Source of the DNA: Lytechinus pictus
Taxonomy: Eukaryota
Reading direction: 5' to 3'
Assembly (NCBI RefSeq): GCF_037042905.1
Contig: NW_026974141.1
Coordinates: 2,294,001-2,358,000 of the forward strand
Length of the DNA stretch: 64,000 nucleotides
Under the pieces are notes generated by a model that saw nothing but the letters and a program-made list of their open reading frames with translations, had not been told where the DNA came from and made no database searches. A program made the position numbers and the translations under genes. Below, in pieces: positions 13,681-28,327 of the stretch (position 1 is the stretch's first letter; each line of letters opens with the position of its first letter).

Positions 13681-15440
13681 TATATCCACGAATTCCTAAT
13701 TGTCCCCTTTTTCAGATTGGAATATCGACAAGTTCAAGCTCATGAGGAAGAGGAATAGGAAGATTATAGTCATCATTTTCATATATGATGACATTATGTC
13801 CTTAAAATATCCCGTCTTTGATCGAAATAATACTAATAATATCAGCTCGCGCTCGAACTATTTATTCATTGCGATCCATGCATACCCACTTCACAATTTC
13901 CCTATACACAGTGCTACATAGTGCATAAATTTACCCTTCTTCAGATCCGAATATCGTTTTTTTTTCAGCTAGCGCTTCACGCTCCCATTATTGACTTTCA
14001 TGATAAAATAAATGTATTTGGAATGCCCAGAACCCAGGTAGCATTATTAATGTAGGAAGAAACCAAATTATCCATCCTTTTCATGATTTCAAAAACATTT
14101 ATAGAGTGCCCCATTTTTAGGTCTGTAAATTTTTTTCCCGCTCGCGCTTCGTGCTCGCATCAATTATTTAGTTATATACCTATCTTGTTCATGATTACAA
14201 AAAGTGCCTAGAATATCTAGTTTTTAGGTCGGAAAGACAAAAAAATTCTGCTCGCGCTTCGCGCTCGCATTATTTGTTTAAATTTTGGTGAAAATAACAC
14301 AATTTTACAAGTTTTAATAATATTTATTGATTCAGCTCCTTTGGGAATAGAACAATGAAAAGTCACTGTCCTAACTAAGAAGAAGAATAAAAAATATCCA
14401 TTTGTTTTCTTTTTAAATTTTTTTATGGAAAAACATTACAAAAGGTGTAAAATGTACTTGCTATAGCAATTTTCGTGTTTGATTTCCATTATCAATCATG
14501 TTTAACATTACAAAACTGGACATTCGACAAAGGTTTTATTTCAAAAGGAGCTTATTCCACTCTTACAATTTTAAAAAATTCTTTAAAATTGATATTGATT
14601 GCTACATATTTTTAAGAACAATGTTATACATTTTTTTTTCATTATTAATTATTGTTTTATTTTTGTTAATGTCGGTGAATGTTGGGTGTTGGGGTTTGCC
14701 CCACCCCCCCCCCTTGCCCACTGATCTGTATTATACTAGTATACAATCAGTGGTTGCCCACTGATCTGAAAATTCATATTAGTATTTTGCCACATACATT
14801 ATGTTCTGTGATTTTTGCCCTCTGATCTGACCGTGTGAGATCAGTAGTTTTGCCCTCACTGAGATGGATGTATCGGAATTCCGGAATAGGCGTATCTATT
14901 TTTTTTTTTCTTCATTTTTTTCCCGGTGTTTGCACTACTGCCGGCCCTCTACGTTCGTTGGGTACCGGTATCTTCAGCGGTACCATTTTCTACTTGATCA
15001 GGAAAGAAGTCGGCTTTAAAAACCAGGTGAACAAATAGTTTATATATCATATTCCGCATCTTATTTACGCATAAATAGATCCTGTGGCCTATCTTGTACT
15101 TTTTTACATATTATAAGAACGTCAAATATTTTGAAAGATGGATAGACGTGATAATACTGATCGAAAATCATCAGCAAAGCAACTCGACAATACACAGATA
15201 CGTGCATGTGGGGCAAGCGTAAATTTGTTGGAGATCGCCAGGCATTGGCGCTAATGCGCTTTTGCACCCTGACGAAAATTAAGCAGGGGATCTTTTCAAA
15301 ACTTTCATGACGCCAGTCCTGCTGAAGTACATTGGCTCCACCAAGCCAGGAGGCTCCTAGAGAGTAAAAATCGTTTACTTACGTGTGCTTACTAATTACT
15401 CTCCACCACGGAGCTGAGCCAGGAATTGTGTCCCATTCAT

Positions 15441-16516
15441 AGACCTTATCGCAAATAGATTCACGCAAAGGATCATGGGATCGCAAAGGGGGCAATAGCG
15501 CCGCTGTTGTCCGGATTCGACCATGCGAGCGCAAGCAGCCGACAATAAAGTGTACGATTTCCATAGTGTATCAAAATACGATCGACGCCCGCAGCCAACA
15601 TTTTGCTAACTTCCAGTAAACGCCTCGTCATATTTGTTCCAGAGTCTAACATTACTTTTCTTCTTAATCATCGGTGGCAGAGATATATGTGCCGTCTATA
15701 GCTGCAAGAATTACTACAGATTCTATGAAGACAAGTGCAATTTTCTTTCATTTTCGCGCACTGTCTGTGCGTATTTTGAGCTGTGCAGCTGCTGTGTGCT
15801 TTGAATTGTATGCACGGACAGCGGGCATGCACTCTCGGCCCAGGGGTACGTCGGCGAGGCAGTGGAGGAAACTGGTCCCAGAATTCCAAGCAATAATAAA
15901 ATGATGATCAATAAAACAAACTCTGCAGTAGATTTGATTACTTTATTCTAGTGTTATATTTTTGTAATATAAATCGATAGTCAAGAATACATGTTTCATA
16001 AATAATTATCTCAATCATGATTTTATTCAGAGTAGGCCTATAAACCGAGCTGTGTTTTCTTTTTCTCTCCACAGATAGGCTACATAATATTATTGCAAAT
16101 TATTCAGGATCGTGGTCGGACATTCTGAAGTTTTATAAGTGGCATGCATAGACAAAATAATGAATGAAATATAACAAAAAAATGAGAATAGATGAAAGTA
16201 TATTGATAGAAAAATAAGCAAAAAAAAAAGAAAAAAGAATTTAATGAGGAAGGTGATCTGAAAGAGAAGTGACTGAATGCGATGAAATTAATTGAATATG
16301 TAAATGTTGAAATAAGATTTATTTCAAATGAATGGAATATATATCATTTATATGAATTAAATATCCAGTTTCAGACAAAATAAAATTACAGAGGTTTGAG
16401 GGATAGGGCCTATACGGGATCATAAAATGTTTTTAATTTTATTAAAACTTAAAATGTTTTAAATTTAAATAAATTCAGATTTATAGTATTCTGCATGTCA
16501 TAGGCCTATTATTATG

Positions 16517-16548
<32 letters not shown>

Positions 16549-17134
16549 CTAGCTTATTTTTGGCTTTAGATTTGTCTCATGCACCCCCTATATAGAAATT
16601 TCATGATCAAACTAAACAGCCCGACTTGCAAAAAAAGGACTATATTTCCCCCAAAATAACAAAAAACTTGGCTAGCTAAATTTATATGGAGATATATGGT
16701 CTACATTATGTTTCTCATGAATATTCTTTAATGGAAAAATATGCTATCTAATTTGGATCACCGATCGACGTGCTCTTTAATTTTTCTAAAGACGAACGGC
16801 AATGACCCGCTATCACCGTCTCACTTTTCCCACAAAATCTTCCCAAGTTTAGCCCCAGAAAACTTCGAAAATACGGTGAGTATTGAGTTCATACTTTCAC
16901 TGGGCAATCATGATACAAAGATTGTTCTATAAATCTACATTCAAGTATCCAAAATAATTTAAATACGAAGAAATCAGACTTAAAAAAAGCCTGGATTTTG
17001 AGTGACACTACACAAAACATATGGCGTTGTATGGCTTCCCGAAAGCCGATTCCGCGTTTGCCCCCTTTCGCATCCCGTGATCCTCTGCGATGACAGACGC
17101 CCTCACGCGACAGACGCTATTTGCGATAAGGTCT
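15441..17134. mobile_element. Non-autonomous TIR element with a degenerate THAP-like remnant
   Basis: TIR AGACCTTATCGCAAATAG (15441-15458) / CTATTTGCGATAAGGTCT (17117-17134). Internal frameshifted CAVYSCKN...IFFHF at about 15688-15755. Confidence 0.6.
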
Positions 17135-18958
17135 ATGTGCGTGTACCGCAAAAAAAAACTGAAATTTTCGCCCCCCGACTTGCCCGAGATTTCTACTTTC
17201 CTTCTAAAAGTTTTACTTTTAGAAGGAAAACTAGATCTAGATCACTCACACTAATACGAGGTTACTATACTAACCTCGTACAAGTACAAGGGACCGTGTT
17301 TGACCCTGGATTTCGAAGTAGTCGGCAAACATCGCTTCATTGCTGAAGTAAATATTTGCCGAAACTCCTCGCTACACACCGGGGCTCTTTCCGGTAAGTA
17401 GCAATACATAAAAAAATTATACATCTGAGTTGGAAATAATTTCATTACAAAAAGAGCAAATTTCGCTTACCTTGGCCTAGCAAGTGACTTCGTTTGTCTC
17501 TTCTACGGAAATACAAGGAAGCCCGTTGGTGGCGCTAATAAATTTCACAACCTGGCTTGATTCAGCTCCTCTGTAATTTTATAACTGTGTCTAAATTCTT
17601 TGAATGCGCAATTCTTATGATTAATTTACTAATTATGGGCACCAATAAATGAAATACCTTCAAAAACATAATTCAAGATTACTATTGGTGATGATAACAC
17701 TTTTTTGCAATTAATTTAAAACGATGACTAGTAATAAAAAAAAATTGAAAAAAATACACATGCCTGGAACGAAACCAGTACTACAAGCTTTAACGAACGT
17801 CAATAATACGGTATACCAAAGTCTATACAATGAAAAGATTGGACACTTTACGGACTTCGCGTAATGCCTTGCGTCGATTTGCGTGTAAAATAGTGTAGGT
17901 GCCTAGTCTTTCCCTTGTCGTGTCTTTGATATGAATATAAATCGCGCGCCCGCTTTAGGCAAAAATTGTTATCCATGCTGACCAATTTTTATCTCCGTGA
18001 AATCTTCACTAAAGATCAAGAAAATATACATATTTTTTTAAAGAAACTTCAAGGAGAAGTCACAGAAGGATCTAAATGATTCGGTAAGTGTTGTAGCGAA
18101 ATTGATATTGTAGAAATGTCGGAAATGAAGTTGTTTTACATGATTTAGTTAAACTAGATCTAGCCCTAAATCTCTTAATCTTCTAATAACTTTCTTTATA
18201 TTTAATGGATTTTCCTCAAACCTTCACCTATGTTTTTTATTATTTTTTCTGTTATTTTTCCAACAAAGTTTTCGTCAGGGTGAACTTCCCCTTTGGCCCT
18301 TTAAACTAAGGCTGAGCCAGGGCCAGCTTCTATGATTACCAGTGCAGTCGTATCTATCTTGTTTGCCTGAGACGAGAACAACCACTTTAATAAATGAGTA
18401 GTTATCTATGGTAATGGGCATGATTGGGGGGAGGGGGGACAGACCTCAACCAGGCTCCAAATTCCAAAACTTGCTGAATTTCACTTCCATGAATTATATC
18501 AATCAATTGTCATCCGTACTTCTATTTTCTGTAATTGAGGTATCAAATAAAAGAGCAGATATTTAACTTTTTAGGCATGTGATTTTCTTTTTGAAATTCA
18601 GATACCCCCCGCCAAATGAGTTTTTGGTATCCTTTCTTCAAATTGTTTTTGCTCACTCATGCATGAATGAGGAATAATCTAAGTAATATCAGATGAAAGA
18701 GGAGATTCAAAGCTTTACATTGGTAGGTCATTTGTCTATTTTATTTGTGATTAAGTTATGATAAATCATCACTTAATCTCGGTTTCATTTTTTCTGGGAC
18801 GCACTATATATGCATATTGGTTTCTGCACGATATTAAGTTCAATCATATTGAATGAATTTCTGATCCCGTTAAGCGGGGGCATCTGTGTCCTTTGAACAC
18901 GTCAAATTTCTAGTTATCAATATATTTAATTTTGATTGATACCCCTTTTAGAGAAACT

Positions 18959-21900
18959 ATGGCCACGATTAATCAAGAGCTAACCAATGGCACAGATCCT
19001 CCTAATGGAGAAACATGTAACGCCACAGCGATGACTGCAGACAACCCTTTAAGCAGCGAAGACATCATTCTCCAGACCTTGAAGGAGGGTATAGGTACAC
19101 CTGATGAAGCACAAGGCTCCAGTGGTAGCATTCAACAAAGCCAGAGGACAGTATCACCTACTGATATTCCTGCAAGCAGCAGCGACAACATTCTTGAGGG
19201 CAACTGGGAGATGGATGCAGAAAGCAATTTAGAATTGAGAGGAACTGATCAGAACCAGAAACCAACTCCAAGAGTTTTCACTGCAGGAGAAGGAGAGATT
19301 GGGGGTTACCATGGTGAGAGTCATCTTTCCATGAGGATGTCATCAGCCTGCAAAGGGCCTCTGAAGGATGTTGATAAGGATCATCCTCAAATTTGGGTGA
19401 GAATCATTCAGGAGATTTTCCAATGTATGATGTGGAGCTATTAATGAATTTATCAACTGAAGGCTACCACACTGATGTATGTTGATAAAAAAAAAACCAG
19501 CAGTTTGCAAATTTTCTAATGATATAAACAAATTGAATTATTTCATTTCAGGTTCAGAATAACTATTGTATTATTGTGCTGTTATCGGTACGAAAATTCT
19601 CCGTCGATATATCGCTAAAAGTATCTTACCGATATTGTCAACTATCGACTAAAGAACATTTTATTAATAAGTGACAATTCCGTTCATTACATAGATAATC
19701 CATACGCATTGCATTGATTAGCGATGTCACAATACTCGCGCTGGTCAAAATTTGTATCTGCCACTGTACCCACAATGCTTTAAAGGATTTGTGTTCATTG
19801 AATCTAAATGAGTACATAACATATTGTGAAAAACATATTTAGCATGAATACATCCTCACCTTTCACGTTATTAGCATTCTTTAGGGTTTGATGAAATTTT
19901 ATTGATGATTTGGGGGCTTTTTGGACATCTTCTGAGTAGTCAACAACTGTCACCTATCCACCATTTTGGATTTCGTGCTTTTACATCTTCGAACGTAGAG
20001 GGCAGCAACACACAGCCGTATTGCTTCTACGTTATTTGGTACTTGTTTTGGTCGCTAAATTGAGCTTGCGCTTATAAATGTTTTTTATACAATCGAGTGA
20101 TGGAGTCGAGGGCAGTCAGGATGTTTGGATTGTCATGATTCGTATTTTGTTGAGATTTTGGAGTGATTTCTGTTGCTGTTCTGTGCATTTTGAGGAAAAA
20201 TATGTTTTCTGTGATTTTCCGTTTAGAAAGCCACTTTCTTTTTCGAAAGGCTGTTTCCGTGAATTCCGTCCGTTTTCCGCGATAAGAAGCAATCTTATTG
20301 GAAAGAGTAAAATGAGAGGAAAAATTGAAAAAAGTATGCTTAATTTGAATGATGTTGGTGAACTATGTCATATTTCCTTTTTTGACTGAAACCCCAGGCA
20401 TTACTCCCAAAGGACTACGACTACCACATCTGCGCCATCGAGATTCCAGATCCAGATAAGCCAGACCAGTTTAAGATCGGTTTTCGTTTACCCATCAAGA
20501 CTGAAAAGGAGATGGATAGATGGATCGAGGAATACCAGAAGGTCAGCTATACCCAGTATCGGGTTGGACGTGGCAATCGCAAATCGAAGGCTGTCCGCAT
20601 TCTTTACCAAGTAAGAATGGAAATTTCATTTTGAGCTACTAGTATTATAACTAATTTATAACATTTCCTTCCAAATCTCAGGTCCGTTTTATAAGGACCT
20701 TTGATTGTGATAACTTTGCATCATAATAACGACCTTTGAATTCTTAGAAACAGGCAATTTAATTTTCATTTATATGATGCCAGATTTGATGCAATTTAAT
20801 AGCTCATTGGATGGCTGTCCCCAAACTATTAAAGCTAGTCAAAACTGGGATTACAGCTGACAGTAACTAAATAGATTGTGTTGTGCAGCAATGCATATTT
20901 CTATTTGTTTTTTATAAACTACATTTATATTGTGCAATTTCTATATGTATATACTCAACTGTACATTACAATAATGTTTTTATTATTATCCCGGCTATAG
21001 CCATGCTGCCTCAGGGAATTATTTTCCTGGTATCGCATTGCAATTTGCTCCCTATTTTTGAAAGAATGCTTTGCATAAATTCTTTTGTATAGCATATTTT
21101 TACATTACTTAGTCAAGAGCTTTTCTCTTATGACCAAAAATGCTATTCAAATTTGTTAAGCAAAATAATTCCCTGTGCCTACAGGCGCTCTGGCGTTCGA
21201 GGAATTTCTTCCTGCCGTGCACCCATTCACCTCACCTGGATTGAGTGCAGCACAATATGGGTAAATTTCTTGCTGAAGGAAAACACGCCATGGCTGGGAA
21301 TCGAACCCAAGTCCCTTAGATTGAAAGACGAGAGTCATAACCACTAGACCACGACGCCCCCACATAAGCCCTGTTTATTGAGCCAATATTTCATTATCAA
21401 GGCTTGAATTAATACAAGATCCATCAAAGCTATAGCCAAGAATGCCCTTTTAATTGACCTCAGGACCTCTCTCATTGGCCATCAAGATTTTTGTGTTTTT
21501 TTAATTGTTTTTTATTAGTTCCATTCATGCTGTATTATAGAAATGTGCCCTACAGAAAAATTGTTAACACTAAAAATCTGAAGAAAAAAAATTGAATATC
21601 TGTATGGTAACAAAATTCGAAATGTGCTTAGGGCATTAATATTGTTAAAGTAAAACAAATTTTCTTACTAATCTTTCAGAGACACCTGAAGTGCCAGCAC
21701 AACATCATTCCAAGGAAGAAAGGTGAAACACCGAAAAGATCTTTAACCGATCGGAGCAGTGCTTGGCGTGGTCCCCAGCATACCGGATGCCAAGCCAAGC
21801 TGAATATTGCCATCAGGGTTTACATCAAGGAAATCTCAAAGAATCGTCTCAGTAGGTAGGTGGTGCAAGATGTGGGGGATGCATACGGGCTGAGGGGAAT

Positions 21901-24900
21901 TTAAGCACCAAAATGTTGAAAATTGCCCCCATAAGTTATTTTACTGTCCTCTGACAAAAGGAAGCAACTCGGCAATGAGCAAAGAAACAATGATTTACTT
22001 TTTTGTAAATGAGGAAATTGTGTCATTTTTTTATGTGGAAATTTACTTGCTTTTGAAACATCTATATTTTAGAAATTGGGGGCTATGTGACTCAAATTAC
22101 TATCGTATTATGTAGAGCCTGCAGAAAATATCCCAAATCATGGAAATAATCAAGAGTTGCTTCCTTTTGTCAGTGGAAGGCAGTATTGGGTTCCATTCAA
22201 AAGGTAGCTTGGAGTGAACAGGAAAACAAAATGGAAATATGTGTTTCCTTTAATGAGGGATATAATAAATACTAAATTTATCTTGTAAATGTTGTTATAA
22301 TTTAAAAACCACATGCATATTGCTTAGCAATATAAAATTCATATTATCGACAGAACTTGTGCTTGCAGCATACACAGATTTCATGAGAAAGCCTTTAAAA
22401 TCAAAATGAATTGTCACCATATCAACGTAGATCTAGATTTCGTTAACTTCAAAATCTAACTCTGTTGAAATCATGATATCTAAGCTGGGAAATGATCACA
22501 CTGAAAATAGCCAACACAAACAAGTACATATGGGACAGTGTATTATTTTGCTGAAGTGCCATGCTTTTTTAATGTGTACATACAAACACTTGGATGGTCA
22601 TTTTATTGGATCTTGTTCAAAGGATTTTTAGATTTTTACCACAACTGGCATTTATTCTTAAATTCATTTAATTTTTATTATTATATATTATTTGTATTTT
22701 TGTTATTTATTTCTTAATTATTATTCTTTGTCTATCTTAACAGGAATCGAGACGTCCATATGCCCGACTACCCGGCCATGATCTCGATCACACACATCCA
22801 CAACCACGAGACGAAGAGCAAGTACGCGCTTCGCTTTCGTCCCGTGGACAAGACGATGGAGGAGTTCTACACGGATCTCTTCAAAGCAGGTCATAGCGCC
22901 CTCACAGCATGGAGTTTCTTCCAGTGGAAGCGCTGGGCGGAGTACGGAATAGACTATGAGAGGATGGTTATGGACAGGGCGTACAATCCGGATATGGCTT
23001 ATGTATACAGGTTTGTTAATGCTTTTCGCCGCTCCGTGTTAGTATAATAATGTAGTAGATAGGGCATACAATCTGGATCTGGCTTATGTATATAGGTTTG
23101 TTAATGCTTTTCACTGCTTTGTGTTAGGATAATGGTATAATATTTGGGAAAATCGAGTCTAAATCCTTCCAACATTGGTACCATTTGTGCTGAGCCATTC
23201 AAAATTTGCATTACATTGAAATACTTGATAAGGATGCTTAAAACTCAAATTAGGAATATAGAAGAAAGCTTGATGAGTGTATTATCAATGCAGCAAAACA
23301 GCTTCTATTTGTATTAAATGACTATAGACAAAACAACATTGTTAATCTGCTTATGGTATTTGCATTTGTCTCTGTAAATATCAAATCTTATAAGACAGTA
23401 CAAATAAGAGGGTTGTGCAGTCATTCTAACTGTTATTTCACTATACTTCTGTAAATGCTGTTGGTAGAAAAAGTTCATATTTTACAATAATGATATGTCC
23501 TTGCATAAAGATATTCCTATGAAAAATTTTCACCAAAGACCCCTATGCCAGATATATAATCAAACTTCCCCTTTTTTCAATTCAATTCAATTTTTTATTC
23601 CATTTCCATTCAAAACATAATACAAAGTAATATAAAGTAATACAAATCAAGTACAATTTTACAGACGAGCATTCTTACTTCGTAAAAAAAAACCAACAGT
23701 ATAATATTGAGCATAAATGGAAATGAGGGGGGTCCACCCTTTGATGATTTGCAAAAAAAATCGCAACTGTACAATATTACTTATTCTGACCCATTAGCCA
23801 CTGATACAAAAGTTTGTATGAACACCAAAGGTCAGGGCTCCCAGCCCATCAGGGAAATCATTTTACTTTTTTCCAGTCAGGGAAAAATCAGGGAAGTTGA
23901 TAAAAAATTACCTCAAATCAGGGGAAAATGCCTCAAATAAGGGAATTTTTAATGGTTCAAAAGTCAAAAGCACGGTAGTCAGTCAGACTCTGTTATTTTT
24001 TGTTGCATATCAAAGCAACATCCATTAAATGACTGGTTTTACATTGTTGTTTTTATACTGAAAATACATGTAATTCACTGCAACACCTTAGAAAACATGC
24101 GATACTGGGAATGGGTCTACATAATTTTCAGGGAATTTTTAAACTTCATCAGGGAATTTTGTTTTCTTGAAAAGATGGGAACCCTGAAAGGTATTTTCTT
24201 TGACATCCCTAGGATTTTCTATCGCATGATCAGAGAGAGGAAACCCCACCTGATGAAACCAGTCAAGTCCGCCAAGCAACGCAGCGCGGGCGTGGTCCAG
24301 ACTAGCACCCCTGCTACCTTGGGTGCCACAACCCTAGGGGTGTCCTCTACCGGTGGACTTACCAACGGTGGACTCCCCAATGGTCTCGGCACCGAGGTCA
24401 TCATGGAGGGGGATGAAGGGGAGGGAGATATCCCTCAAACGAAGCGCATGAAACTTGATGTTGGAGGTAACAGTTTGAACTTGATCCATAGATATTGTTA
24501 CAATCAAAAATTGATTAATCATTTGAAAGGGCTATTTGTTTTTGTTATTCATGTCACTATTGATCTAATTGGGGCTAATTCCTTACCATTAGACCATTAC
24601 ACCATATACAGTTTGTCCATACTGGTTTACTAGACTTCTTTTTCAGTCCATAACAAATCAATGGGGTATAGAAATTATTGTGGATTGTAAATTCTGGAAA
24701 ATACTTGTGGCTGATTTATAGTTAGTTTGATGAGAATGGTTTCCCTAAAGAAACAAGTTTTGAGGATATTGTCATGTCAGTACAGGAACGCCCTTAGCAC
24801 CACACTTACGCACATTGCATGCATGCAGAAACGCCCTTAGTAGCACGCATAAGGACATTGCGCAAGGGCGTTTCTGCACCGACGAGGTGTGCAGAAGTGT

Positions 24901-27900
24901 GGTGTGAAGGGCATTCTTGCACCAACACAATGATATTCAGGGGCTGTTGGAGCTGCAATAGGGGGAAATAAGGCCATAATCAAATGAAATTTTCTACGCT
25001 ATTTACTGTAGATATTCATTAACAGGTCACATATGTTATGGTGTATCTGTCCTGACTCTTGCGTTGTATTGAGAGGGTTGTATGTTCATTTCCCAACATG
25101 GAATCGTCCTATGGCAAGATGTCAAACTGTCATATTTTTATCTATTTTCAAGTATTGCAATATTTATTTTAATTTTCAAAATAATAGCAATTTTTAGTTT
25201 CATCCAAATATATTACCCATAAACTGTAAAGCAAGAAAATGTTAGTTGTATACTCAGGCAGATTTTCTATGAAGTCTTGAAAGAATGGAATAAATACCTT
25301 TTCATTAGTGAAGTTTTAAAAAAAAAAATTTACTTTTAAAGCATGCAAGTTGTTCAATCTCCATTTTTTTTATATCCAAAGGGAACAGAGTTATAGAAGC
25401 AGATGTGATCAAGGACAATTCAAACTCGGGAATCATTTTCATGGAGACGTCTTCGGTCATGGCCAGCTCCGGCCTCCTCAGTAGCACCACCTTGAATAAT
25501 TCAAACCAAGAATCCGAGACGTTTGCCGAAGAAGAAATATTGGAGGAGGAGGAAGAAGATTCTAAAGACTTTTTTGCACATGGCTTCAGAACACGTATCC
25601 GTGGTAAGAACCTGAAGCGGAAGAACCTGGTGAACCTGAAGGAACTCTATGAAGACTTGGAGCAGCTGATATCGAAGCATGTCAACGAGGTTCACCCCGC
25701 TCATGCACACCTTGCGAGGATCACAGGCGACAGGGACGATATGATCATCGCGATCTGTACCCCGCTCATGAGACGGGCCCATGGGAATCTCCCCGCAGCA
25801 GGGGAACTCTGTATCCTCGACGGGACGTACCAGAGCTTTGGCCAGGTCATGTGCTACGTGGTGTCCTTCATGGTCCCAACCAACGCTGGAGGGATTCCTC
25901 TAGGGTTCCTGGTCCTGTCGTCCATGGACCAGGTCTTCATCACACAGGGCTTAGAACTCTTCAAGATGCTCATTCCTGATGATGCCTTTGGATGCAGAGG
26001 ACGAGATGGGCCATCGTTCTTCTTGACTGATGAGGAGCACTTCAAGCTCGAGGTCGTCCAAGCGACCTTTCCCAATGCCAATGTCCTGATCAGTCCCTAC
26101 CATCTAATCACGATGACGTGGAGATGGATGGCTGATCCGAAGAGACGGATCCAGACCAAGCACCACGCTGCCATCTTTGGTTTCGTCAAGGACTTGGTAA
26201 ACAGCCAGTCAGCTGAAGAGCTAAACAGCATACATGTCCAGATCCTCAACAGTGAGGTCAATAAAACGTAAGAAACAGGTTTAATAAGTTATTTCTCCTA
26301 GATGAGTGCTTCGTGTTAGTATCATGGTATAATGGATAGGGCGTACAATCCGGATATGACCTAGCGTGCTGGTAAAACTACATGACAGTTTCCGCATTAT
26401 GCTTAGTTAATGTGCCTCAGCTCTGATTAGATCAGGGCCCTGTCTTACAAAGAGTTACGATTGATCCGATCAATCGTAACTATGGAAAGCCAGCAACGTC
26501 AGCATCTTATTAATGCATGTTTGTTCAAAATATTTTCTAGATATGTATATTCATAAATTTATTGTTTTCTTGACAATTTGGTGTTTTCCTCTTTGTTTAC
26601 AAAGGACATTTTGCAAATTTCCTGTAGAAAAATTATGACACTGATGGATTTCAATAGAGTTACGATTGATTGGATCAGTCGTAACTCTTTGTAAGATGGG
26701 GCCCTGGACCATGGTGCATGCAAATTCTAGTAACTTTGGCGTCAATTGATAACATCAATGGAATCCTTGATTTTGATGTGCTTTTGACCATTGTTACCAT
26801 GGTAGTTTATTTACTTTATTTTTTAAATATTCGTGCGGATATTTATGTCCTTATATTAAAAATGATCGTACAGTTAAGTCTGTGTAAAGCTGACTCTCCA
26901 TTTAACATGTGATTGACCAAATCAAAGAAAATTTTCGGACCAGGTTATGCTAAGTCCTTTTATATTTGCTGCTGGTAAGTAAACTTTTGCTTAATATGGA
27001 ACAGATATCTGTGGTTCTGAGAAATTTAAGTTAGGCAAATTTACCTATAGAATGCAGTTCGGCCGTCAGATGGTAAAACGGTCTATCTTGAAAATCGCTG
27101 TTCTGAGAAAAATGACTTTAAAGTTTAGAGGTATGAGCTTTTTTATGAGACAGAAATAATGCATTTTTAGCAATGGGAAAAGAAGAAGCACAATAAACTC
27201 TAATAACTGAAGAATTTTTAGCCTATTTGTGGTTTTAATTATGAAATAAATGAGATTTTTGTGTAGATAGACTGTTTAACCACAGGACATGTATACACTC
27301 ATACTACACATCATAAGATGGTAAAATGGTCTATCTTCTAGATAGACCATTTTACCATCTCACCCCAATGCACAACATTCTTCAGCGATTTTCGATATAG
27401 ACCGTTTTACCATCTGACGGCCGTGTGACGTGGCGGTAAACTGGTCTAACTCGAAGATAGACCATTTTACCATCTGACAGCGATGATTAAAAAATCTCAA
27501 TTAAGAAGGTTAAAAGGTTTATGTAAAAGATAGCTCGTTTTACCTCCAAACAATATTACCAACAATGGGCTAACTCAAAGATAGACCATTTTACCATCAA
27601 ATCTGAAGGAAAAATACAAAAAAGTACCAAGATAGTGGAAATTATCTCTAAATCAAGACATGATGGGATTTTCTCCATAGCACCATTGGAAAGAGCGCCC
27701 TCACATTACAAGGAAAATGAATTTACCTCAAAAAGTCAAATTTTCGAGTTAGACTGTTTTACCATCTGACGGCCGACTTGTATTGCACTATCTATCAGTT
27801 GCAATTATTATAAGGCACATAGGAATGGGAGAATGAACATCATTGTTACCATTATGGACTGTATGTTTTAATAGAATTGTCAGTTTCATCCTACCACAGT

Positions 27901-28294
27901 TTCCTTTGTCTGTGTTTCATACTATGGTATTTATTGCAATTGTTTACAGGTACAGGGAGTTTGCCCCGTTTGTGATAGCTGGTATCGTGAACCGATGGAA
28001 CGAGTGGATGCTACCCGATAACCATCCCATCCACACGATGGGCGTGGGGTCTTGCCCCTGGCAGAAGGTCATGAACTGTATGAGAGACAGGGTTCTGATG
28101 AAGGGAAGACACTTCAACATATTACAGGTAAGAATAGGGGTGGTGATGGTTGTGATGCTGGTGGTGGTGGTGGAGGTGGTAGTGATGATGATGATGATGA
28201 TAATGAGGAGGTGGAGGAGGAGGATGATGGTGATGAAGATGATAACGATGGTGGCGGTGGTGGTGATTGGATTATGATGATGATGATGATGATG

Positions 28295-28327
<33 letters not shown>

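Noticed and set aside
19311-19320. Donor ATG|GTGAGA at 19314 for the first coding exon of the MULE-derived gene
   Set aside because: Phase 1 is incompatible with exon 20398; the donor at 19397 keeps the frame.
21290-21363. tRNA genes (also 50980 and 56130)
   Set aside because: A and B boxes are present, but they continue into shared SINE bodies and lack a proper cloverleaf.
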